64,000 bases of DNA, taken from NCBI GenBank assembly GCA_963662285.2, contig CAXXMV010000008.1, forward strand, positions 160,001 to 224,000, written 5' to 3'. Below, piece by piece: positions 51,869 through 59,483 of the stretch. Position numbers and translations under genes: made by a program. The notes below the pieces were generated by a model. It did no database searches. It was not told where the DNA came from and saw only the letters and a program-made list of their open reading frames with translations. How positions within the stretch are numbered: position 1 is the stretch's first letter; every line of letters begins with the position of its first letter. This DNA comes from a bacterium. GTDB lineage: Bacteria > Hinthialibacterota > Hinthialibacteria > Hinthialibacterales > Hinthialibacteraceae.

Positions 51869-53518
51869 CTAATAAATAGACCAATCACCAACAGCTGATA
51901 TTCCAGGATCATTGGGGTCAAGGATCACGCCGCTGCCCCAGCGCACCCAATCAACCGTCATCGTACCGGAACTAGGACCAGGCCATCCGATATCCACGCG
52001 GCCATCACGATCCACCTCAGGCCATCCAACCCATCCGGTACCGTGGAAGGTTACGGCTGGTTGGCTGAAATCTCTGTTAACATAGACGTCATATTCACAC
52101 TGCTCACCAAGGGCGGCGGTATTGTTGGGATCAATCAGCGAATCCGAGCGCGATTCTTCATTGAAACGGCATACCACCGTAATGGTATTGAATTGCGTCA
52201 TATCTTGATCAAAAACTGGCTCATCGCCATTCAGGTTCCAACCGCCTAAGCGATCCTGGGCGAAACTGGGCTGCCATGATTCTCCACCGGGATGATATTC
52301 ATCCGTCATCAAGCAAGCGATAGTGCAATGCGGTCCACTAGCATCGGCGCCGCCTTCTTCATCTATGCGGAAATTGGCTTCGACGGTATATGGAACTACC
52401 CAGGCCGTTTCATGCACCATATAAAAATTGGCGTCTTCCTTATCATCAGTAATAGCCACTGTTCCATCAGTATTCTGAGTTAAGACGCCTTGCGCATTGG
52501 AACCATAGGGTTCCCATCCTTCGGCGACATAATCGGTTAATTCACTGGTTACGTCCCAATTACCCATATCAATCTGAGCCAATTGGGCGTCAAAGCCTTC
52601 GGCTACGCCAGAGCGGTATAGCCCGGTAGCGTCATTTCTACCGCCGCGCCACATCATGAATTTGCCTTTGCCCAGATAAACCACTGAAGCGTAATAGTTG
52701 CGGTTTTCGTTCCATGATCCAGCCTCACCAAGGCCGCCTACATCGTTGATCGGATCCCATTGCTCCCAGTTAAATCCATCCGATGAAACCAGGTATTGGT
52801 TTTCGGTATTGGATGCGAAAGCCCACATGCGGTAGTCATTCTGACCAATGGAAATCACACAGGTCGGATGCATAGCGGGTGGAAATGGAACAATATCAAA
52901 GTCATAAAATTCATAGCCATCGGTTGAGGAAGCCATCATTATTCCGCTGCCAGAATTGTAAAACATTCGAAATGGTTCTAATTGGCCTGGCATATATAAT
53001 ACCGCATGACCATCAGGATAAGTTCCAAGATCGGAATCTTCAGCAGATATGGACCTTTGATCGTTTTCAAAATTAATCCCATCAACGCTCTCAGCTACCC
53101 GCACTTGCCAAATCTCTTCTGGATAGCAATAATAATAAATCCGGAATGGTTTATCCCATGACGGCTCATACAGTACAACCGGACGTCCGCCGATCATCTC
53201 ACCTTCAGTGTTCAGTCCATTAACTTTCACCTGATTAGTCCAAGTGATGCCATCCGCCGATTGGGCATAGGCTAATCCGTTAATGCTGGCGAAATCAAAC
53301 CAGATGCGGAAGCGGGATTCTTCAGGCCAAGTCTCATTATAAAGTACATAAGGCATATATGACCGGTCACCCACTTCATTCAACTCTAATGGATTAACAT
53401 CAGCACGGTCAGTCCATTCTATAGACCATTTCTCTTGAGAATTTGCGGTCAAGGGGATAAAAAGCAACCCTAGAACACAAATACAACAACATTGTTGCAC
53501 CCAACTTTTCATGTTCAT
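51869..53518 (-). CDS. Secreted beta-propeller glycoside-hydrolase-like protein with C-terminal SAVGDWSIY motif
   Basis: Signal peptide ..ANS/QE, repeated P.V.Y...FR+++ and S.DG..W/F blades, second beta domain. GGAGG precedes ATG 53518. Confidence 0.78.
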   Translation of the reverse strand: MNMKSWVQQCCCICVLGLLFIPLTANSQEKWSIEWTDRADVNPLELNEVGDRSYMPYVLYNETWPEESRFRIWFDFASINGLAYAQSADGITWTNQVKVNGLNTEGEMIGGRPVVLYEPSWDKPFRIYYYCYPEEIWQVRVAESVDGINFENDQRSISAEDSDLGTYPDGHAVLYMPGQLEPFRMFYNSGSGIMMASSTDGYEFYDFDIVPFPPAMHPTCVISIGQNDYRMWAFASNTENQYLVSSDGFNWEQWDPINDVGGLGEAGSWNENRNYYASVVYLGKGKFMMWRGGRNDATGLYRSGVAEGFDAQLAQIDMGNWDVTSELTDYVAEGWEPYGSNAQGVLTQNTDGTVAITDDKEDANFYMVHETAWVVPYTVEANFRIDEEGGADASGPHCTIACLMTDEYHPGGESWQPSFAQDRLGGWNLNGDEPVFDQDMTQFNTITVVCRFNEESRSDSLIDPNNTAALGEQCEYDVYVNRDFSQPAVTFHGTGWVGWPEVDRDGRVDIGWPGPSSGTMTVDWVRWGSGVILDPNDPGISAVGDWSIY

Positions 53519-53686
53519 AATCCTCCATTTTGTGTAGTTTAAAAAAACGCCTGAATTCATTTATACTAAATTAACAGTGATATGTCAATCGTATGTGTTA
53601 TTAAGTATCAATTCGTAATACGGAATTGTGATTCTCTGGCCGGATAACATAAGATATTCAAGTTATAAACCTGCAGAAATTAAAAA

Positions 53687-53721
53687 ATGCCAAGAGCAAG
53701 TAATTCATCCGCTCTTGGCAT
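53687..53721. repeat. TGCCAAGAGC-family hairpin, probable terminator of the prepilin gene
   Basis: ATGCCAAGAGC-N13-GCTCTTGGCAT preceded by an A run (a T run on the minus strand). Confidence 0.6.
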
Positions 53722-53749
53722 GTATTTTGGTTATGAATATGTAACAATT

Positions 53750-54316
53750 CTACTGGTTATGAACTCCACGCGCAGTGGCGATAAAGTCGCCGGAAGATAT
53801 CAGGCCGTTTGATGCCTGATATAGGAAGAAAAGTGGTTGATCGCTGCGTCCTGAAAGCCTATCCATGGAATCCGTGCTCCAAGGCATATCGAGATCTGTA
53901 TCCGGACCGAAACTGATCATTACGAATCCAAGACCAGTTTTAGTGATATAATCCTGTTTCCCATAATCGTAATAATTTCTTACATTACTGCCTTCATCTG
54001 ATCGACCAGTTTTTGCGGTAAAGAAGTCGCGACAGATTTCCACACTGCTAATGTAGGCCACTGGAGTAGTCAGGAACTTGAATGACCTTGCTTCATCATT
54101 AGGACCAGCGACGTCAGGCGGATAATCATTATTATCCATACGATACATTTGCAGCGCTGTAGTGATGGCCCGAAAATCGGCTTGCAGGCGGGCTATTTTA
54201 GCTTTCAATTGAGCGTTCAAAAAGTTTGGAACCGCAATGGCGGCCAAAATGCCGATAATAGCCACAACGATCAGCAGTTCAATAAGAGTAAAACCTTTAC
54301 GTTTTTGCTTAAGCAT
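53750..54316 (-). CDS. Prepilin-type N-terminal methylation domain protein (GspG-like)
   Basis: KGFTLIELLIVVAIIGILAAIAVPNF, Y..D...YP, LTTPVAY, SFGPD, ASNGLISSGD. Confidence 0.9.
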   Translation of the reverse strand: MLKQKRKGFTLIELLIVVAIIGILAAIAVPNFLNAQLKAKIARLQADFRAITTALQMYRMDNNDYPPDVAGPNDEARSFKFLTTPVAYISSVEICRDFFTAKTGRSDEGSNVRNYYDYGKQDYITKTGLGFVMISFGPDTDLDMPWSTDSMDRLSGRSDQPLFFLYQASNGLISSGDFIATARGVHNQ

Positions 54317-54418
54317 AAGTTTTTTGTTCGTAACCTTTCCATAAAGAATAATCATTAATCTAATATGCCATAAACATAAGTATAGTTGATGTATAAGAAT
54401 TACTGAGGGTGATAACGT

Positions 54419-55081
54419 CTATTTTTGTAATGCTTGCTTGATATGCTTCACCACTTGCTCAGCTAATTGCTTTGATCCCTCATCGGTGTAATGTACATTG
54501 ACCGGTATTTGAATATCCTTTAAGCGAGGGAATGCAAATCCATATAAATCATTTACTTGAACATTATACCGTTTCATAATTTTAAGCGCTGCTTCATTAT
54601 AACGAATCACATCAGCGGGATCGCGTCTAGGGCTTACTTTTCCTTCTGGAACCGGAGTCGTGCTGCACCAGATCAAAGCGGCTTCAGTTTGTTTCAAACG
54701 CTTGACCAAACGCTCCAGCATAAGCGCATAATATTCCAAAGGAACCTGATGTTTACCATCATCAAGGTATTTAAGGTCATGCAATCCCCAGTTGAAGTGA
54801 ATTACGTCCCACTTCGTTTTTCCGATCCAGTTATCGATATTATCCCAACCTCTAATTGTCGGGCCGCCATTAGTTGGAATCCGGTGAACATTGGCGATTC
54901 CCTTGAGCATCTCGCGGGTTTGCAAGGTATATCCAATAGAGATTGAATCGCCGATCAAAAGAACTCTCGGCAAAGCTGGATCATCTATAATCTCGTCAAA
55001 AACAGAATTCTTTTGCTGCTGGGCGTCCGCCGTCGCAAATCCTGCCAAAAGCATAACAACAATAAGCAAATTTCGTTTCAT
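54419..55081 (-). CDS. Secreted SGNH/GDSL hydrolase
   Basis: VLLIGDSIS, FNWGLHD, TTP, NVHY. Signal peptide from ATG 55081. Confidence 0.9.
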   Translation of the reverse strand: MKRNLLIVVMLLAGFATADAQQQKNSVFDEIIDDPALPRVLLIGDSISIGYTLQTREMLKGIANVHRIPTNGGPTIRGWDNIDNWIGKTKWDVIHFNWGLHDLKYLDDGKHQVPLEYYALMLERLVKRLKQTEAALIWCSTTPVPEGKVSPRRDPADVIRYNEAALKIMKRYNVQVNDLYGFAFPRLKDIQIPVNVHYTDEGSKQLAEQVVKHIKQALQK

Positions 55082-55130
55082 AATAAGATTCCCCTTCTTG
55101 AAATTATTTATATCAAATGTTCTCAAGTTT

Positions 55131-55931
55131 TTACTGTTGATAAACCGAAACAATATTCAAACCTGTGAGTTCTATTAAGCGGTCTTCTATTGCCCTTGCT
55201 TCCTCAATGCTGATTGCCCGTAATGGTGTGGATTCATAGGGACGTAGTTCTTTGTTGTGTCCCCCGCGTGCAGCGATATGCCACGATTTGGGGTAAGGCC
55301 GGGTTGGAGTATTAAGTTGAACCTCATGCGGTTGAATATCAATCAATATTTCGGCGAGCTGATCAACATCACCCTTATTCAAGGGTAAGAACATAACTTG
55401 CACGCCTAACACTCCATTAAATCGGGTCTTAAAATGCTTGGCGCCCTGAACAATCGATTGCAGGGTTACTCCATCAACCGGGCGATTGATGCGCTGAAAT
55501 TGTTCCTCACTGGCAGCGTCAATTTTAACAAAGACGCGATCCACTTTCTGCAAGTCGGCGATTACTTCAGGGTCATTTAATAGAGTCCCATTAGTAAGAA
55601 CCAACTGGGGGATGTCGGTTATTTTGGCAATTTGACTGGCAACATCACCCAGATTCCGGGCTAAAGTCGGCTCACCGCTGCCGCTATAGGTAATAATGTC
55701 GGATTTCCGCCATAAACTGGTTTTGAAATCGTCTATTACTTTTGAAGTTTTAACAAATTCCTTACGCTGGTTTGAAACTATTTGTATAGAACCAAGTTGA
55801 CAGTAGATGCAATTAAACGAGCAGACCGAAGTTTCTAAGATCAGATCAATGCCCAAAGATTGGCCAACTCTCCATGAAAGGACAGGACCATACACAGTTG
55901 ATTCAAATTCATTGTTGTCTTTTTTCATCAT
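55131..55931 (-). CDS. Radical SAM protein (COG0731-like)
   Basis: YGPVLSWRVGQSLGIDL, CSFNCIYC (CxxxCxxC), SGSGEPT, LTNG, QLNTPTRP. Confidence 0.9.
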   Translation of the reverse strand: MMKKDNNEFESTVYGPVLSWRVGQSLGIDLILETSVCSFNCIYCQLGSIQIVSNQRKEFVKTSKVIDDFKTSLWRKSDIITYSGSGEPTLARNLGDVASQIAKITDIPQLVLTNGTLLNDPEVIADLQKVDRVFVKIDAASEEQFQRINRPVDGVTLQSIVQGAKHFKTRFNGVLGVQVMFLPLNKGDVDQLAEILIDIQPHEVQLNTPTRPYPKSWHIAARGGHNKELRPYESTPLRAISIEEARAIEDRLIELTGLNIVSVYQQ

Positions 55932-56560
55932 CTCTAATCCTGGAACGTAGTTATTTAGTTTTAACATTATCTAAAATATTCAAGTATCGCCTATCCATTC
56001 AGAAAAGATTCTACAAGTTAATTATTACTTATTTCAAAAATTAACCAATGTAGACATTACTATAATGACTAATATATAAATTATTATGGGAACTTAACTC
56101 TAATATAGTCAACATGTGTCAATAAACATATCTTGACTATCAATATTATGTAATCTTTCTAAAATGTTTTTATTATTTTTATATAGGTTTTTATATCAAC
56201 CCATATCTAAACGAGTTTTGCCAAAATTGACAAACCTCATAATTGATAATGTTGGTAAAATAAAATGGATACAAAAAATATTTCTATTTTCTGAATAAAT
56301 AAGGGATTTTTCAATATTACGCTAATATAAAAGTAATCATTATCGATAATTATGGGAAATAAAAAAGATTGAATAACCGACAGCGCTATAACTTTAATTA
56401 TTGAACATACTATTATAATTACACTTATATAACTTATAATAAAGTTAATTATTAATTATAATTGTCGTCATATATTTTTTATTGGCTAGCGAAGTCATGA
56501 GATGTCAAGATTATAATAATCGAATAATATCTTTTTTCATATAAAATCACTGAGAAACTC

Positions 56561-56591
56561 TGTTGAAAACCTGTGAATATTTTGTTCATAA
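56561..56591. promoter_or_regulatory. Three DnaA-box-like 9-mers at 11-bp period
   Basis: TGTTGAAAA, TGTGAATAT and TGTTCATAA are each one mismatch from TGTGNAWAA. Confidence 0.4.
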
Positions 56592-56920
56592 GGCACTGTT
56601 TTTTAATTATTTATATCAGATTATTTTATTTAAAATAGAGATATCTCCTATCATTAAGTGTAAACTTTTAAAAAAAATCTCTTGACGATTTGTTTGAGTT
56701 GTATAAACTATGTATTCGGATACAGTTTATTTACTTGCTTTAATGTTCAAATTTTCAATTCTAATTATTAAGTATTAGTCATTTTTGTCGCAAATATCTT
56801 ATCGTGTTATTATTAGGTAGTAGCAGGGATGTTAACTTAGCCCCTGCTATTGTTCTGGAAAAAAACGCTGTTTTGTTCTGGATGTCAAGTTTTTGTTATT
56901 TACTATTAGGAGTTAAGCGT

Positions 56921-57295
56921 TTGCCACACGTAGTTATTTCTGGGGACGCACCTGGAATAGACCTTAGTCAGGACCTGGTTCCAATTTCTTACAAGGACGA
57001 TGCTTACCGCATCAAGACTGAAGATATTTATATTGAACGCCAAGGAAACAAGGCGCTAATATCGACAATTGTTATTGAGGAAGGACATCCTCAAACGTTC
57101 TATATCCTTGTTACGAAAAACTGTACCGAGAATCACCTGACTATTCGTCTTGATCCATCCACAGATCCAATCAAAACCTGCGGCGTCAAACGTTCTATTG
57201 CTGTGGTGGCAGAGGATTTAATCGGTCGAAAACCGAACCTGGCCATTGAGCGGCATAATATACAAGATTATCTGGATTCTACAGTATCCCTATAG
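56921..57295 (+). CDS. Hypothetical protein
   Basis: AGGAG lies 8 nt before TTG 56921; MPHVVISG...TIRLDPSTDPIKTCGVKRSIA. Confidence 0.72.
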   Translation: MPHVVISGDAPGIDLSQDLVPISYKDDAYRIKTEDIYIERQGNKALISTIVIEEGHPQTFYILVTKNCTENHLTIRLDPSTDPIKTCGVKRSIAVVAEDLIGRKPNLAIERHNIQDYLDSTVSL

Positions 57296-57404
57296 TCTAT
57301 GTGGAAACTAACTTATCTAGATAAGAAAGGAGATTCTTTCGAAACCGAGCAATTCTAGTAAACAGTAAGAATCTGCCGAGTAACGGAAGAGATGGTTGTA
57401 ATCG

Positions 57405-58124
57405 ATGGAAACTATCCAGAAGAAAAATGAAGCAACCTCAAAAAGCGCCCGTGAAGCCATCGAAAATCATCTGGTGCAGGAATGGGGTATGGCGCCGGAG
57501 ACGGCGCGGCGGTTCGTAAACCGCCAACCAGGCTTAACCCTTAATGAAGCTGTTCTGTATATGAGGTCTGTAACGCGAGGCTATCGGCTTTTATACAAAC
57601 GTACGCATGGCCAACGCATCAGCCCGATTCTTTTGCGTCGTGCAGCTGAAATGGCTATGGAACGCACTGCTCGACGGCGACAACCTTTGACGGAAAAGGA
57701 TTTGCAGTATTTATTGCAACAAGCCAGAGATTCAACCGATGCTGATATCGCACGAAAAAGCGATCCCCAAACCGAAGAAGGACGCATCCGTATTCTTCGT
57801 CCGCTTCGTGAAGCTGTCATGTGCGAAGAAGACGCCATAACCCGCAACCGGCTGCTTGGAGTTGCGGAAGTATTTATCATTAATAGTTACGTGCTTAACA
57901 AACAAGGTTTGATCAACGAATGCCTTCAGCAGGAAGAGATTTTTCCCAACCGCCGTACGGTAGATGAAACACTTGAAATTTTGCGCACCTCATATGAAGC
58001 GCTGGGCTTCTCCAAAGACGATGTATTTATCGCATCAGCTTATCTAGATGTACCTTATGGCAAAGTGGACACGCGTAAGAAAAAGAAGGTCATGGAAAAC
58101 ATTGCACCGAGTATTACAGGGTAA
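57405..58124 (+). CDS. Hypothetical basic helical protein
   Basis: 239-aa ORF with coding-like composition, followed by a terminator. No family recognised. Confidence 0.72.
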   Translation: METIQKKNEATSKSAREAIENHLVQEWGMAPETARRFVNRQPGLTLNEAVLYMRSVTRGYRLLYKRTHGQRISPILLRRAAEMAMERTARRRQPLTEKDLQYLLQQARDSTDADIARKSDPQTEEGRIRILRPLREAVMCEEDAITRNRLLGVAEVFIINSYVLNKQGLINECLQQEEIFPNRRTVDETLEILRTSYEALGFSKDDVFIASAYLDVPYGKVDTRKKKKVMENIAPSITG

Positions 58125-58148
58125 CAACCTTTACCAATATAGACAATT

Positions 58149-58182
58149 AAGCCGCGCTGAAAAGCGCGGCTTTTTTATTTTT
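58149..58182 (+). terminator. Intrinsic terminator
   Basis: AAGCCGCGCT-GAAA-AGCGCGGCTT followed by TTTTATTTTT. Confidence 0.88.
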
Positions 58183-58265
58183 CATCAGAATTATTTTTGA
58201 AAATTTATATTTACTTGTCCATTTTTCGTAAAAAATATTGTATAGAATTATAAGAGGAAAAATTA

Positions 58266-58835
58266 ATGTCAGAAAATGCACAAGATTCGATCATCCGGCG
58301 TATTGGCAGAGATGATCCATCAGTATACGCCGATATCATCCGTATTTATGCGGATGATGTGATGCGATTGTGCTTCCTCATACTAGGCCATCAACAAGAT
58401 GCAGAAGAAATACTCCAGGAAACCCTGGTGAAGTTTGTTACTTTGGTAAGAGAAGGAAAATTCCGACAGCAAAATGGTTCCATCAAGGGATTATTAATGA
58501 CCTGCGCCAAAAATCTTTGCTTTAACCACTTAAAGAAAAAGTTAATTATTCTCTCTTTTCAAGATGATGAAACAAATCTTCCATCCATTCTTAAGGAAAA
58601 TTGGACTCCCATGCGACATTTGGAGGAAAAAGGAAAACAAGACTTATTAGAATTCGCCATCATGAAACTACCCGATTCACAACGAATTGTTTTAACGCTC
58701 CGAGAACTAAATGGTGAATCGTATCAGGAAATCGCTGAAACATTACGAATAACCATTGAGAACGTTCGCAAAACGCTCTATCGGGCGAGAAAAAATTTGA
58801 GAGCGATTTTAACGCCATATCGAGATCAATTATGA
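58266..58835 (+). CDS. ECF sigma-70 factor
   Basis: DAEEILQET, AKNLCFNHL, LPDSQRIVLTLR, SYQEIAETL, VRKTLYRAR. Confidence 0.93.
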   Translation: MSENAQDSIIRRIGRDDPSVYADIIRIYADDVMRLCFLILGHQQDAEEILQETLVKFVTLVREGKFRQQNGSIKGLLMTCAKNLCFNHLKKKLIILSFQDDETNLPSILKENWTPMRHLEEKGKQDLLEFAIMKLPDSQRIVLTLRELNGESYQEIAETLRITIENVRKTLYRARKNLRAILTPYRDQL

Positions 58836-59461
58836 ACGGTAAAAAACGGCAAGATTTAGAAGAACGCCTTTCTCAGAGTTTCGACGCAGGTCTTCAACAC
58901 GGCGAAACACCTGAAGAAAATTCTATTATGAAAGATTATCGGGATATCCAATCTTCTGTTCGTTCATTCAGTTCTATTCAATATAATCAGAAAATCTTAA
59001 AAAGAAGGATCGAGCAAGATAGCCAGATAAAGAAAAAGACCTGGAAATATTTCGCTGCGGCGGCATGTTTCGCCATTATTATCTGCGGAGCCGGGTTACT
59101 GCTAACTCTTTCATCCCACCGCACTCCCCAGCCAATCTTACGGTTTTCTTTTTCTGATAACTCTATAATTCCGGCTCAAATCGCCGACGAATTAAAAAGT
59201 GATTTGCTAGTAGGGAAAACGATTGTAGTCCCTTACGATGAGACGCTAAACATAGAACTCGAAGATGGAACCCGTCTAATTGGCGCTAACCAAGCGATTT
59301 TGAGCCTCGATTTCATCGGTCGGCGCCAAGTCGCCTTGTCTGCTGGCGCCATAGAAATTCACGCTTCAAAAAACAAAGACATTCCGCTTGTAGTTGATCT
59401 GCCTATGGGAACTGTTCAAGTCGTGGGGACGGTTTTCCATATTGAATTATCCGATGAGTAA
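58832..59461 (+). CDS. Anti-sigma factor with C-terminally truncated FecR domain
   Basis: Cytoplasmic N-domain, TM helix, IELEDGTRL, VALSAGAI, PLVVDLPMGTVQVVGTVFHIE, then stop. ATGA overlap with the sigma gene. Confidence 0.85.
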   Translation: MNGKKRQDLEERLSQSFDAGLQHGETPEENSIMKDYRDIQSSVRSFSSIQYNQKILKRRIEQDSQIKKKTWKYFAAAACFAIIICGAGLLLTLSSHRTPQPILRFSFSDNSIIPAQIADELKSDLLVGKTIVVPYDETLNIELEDGTRLIGANQAILSLDFIGRRQVALSAGAIEIHASKNKDIPLVVDLPMGTVQVVGTVFHIELSDE

Positions 59462-59483
59462 ATAAAGATCGGGGAGTTATAGA

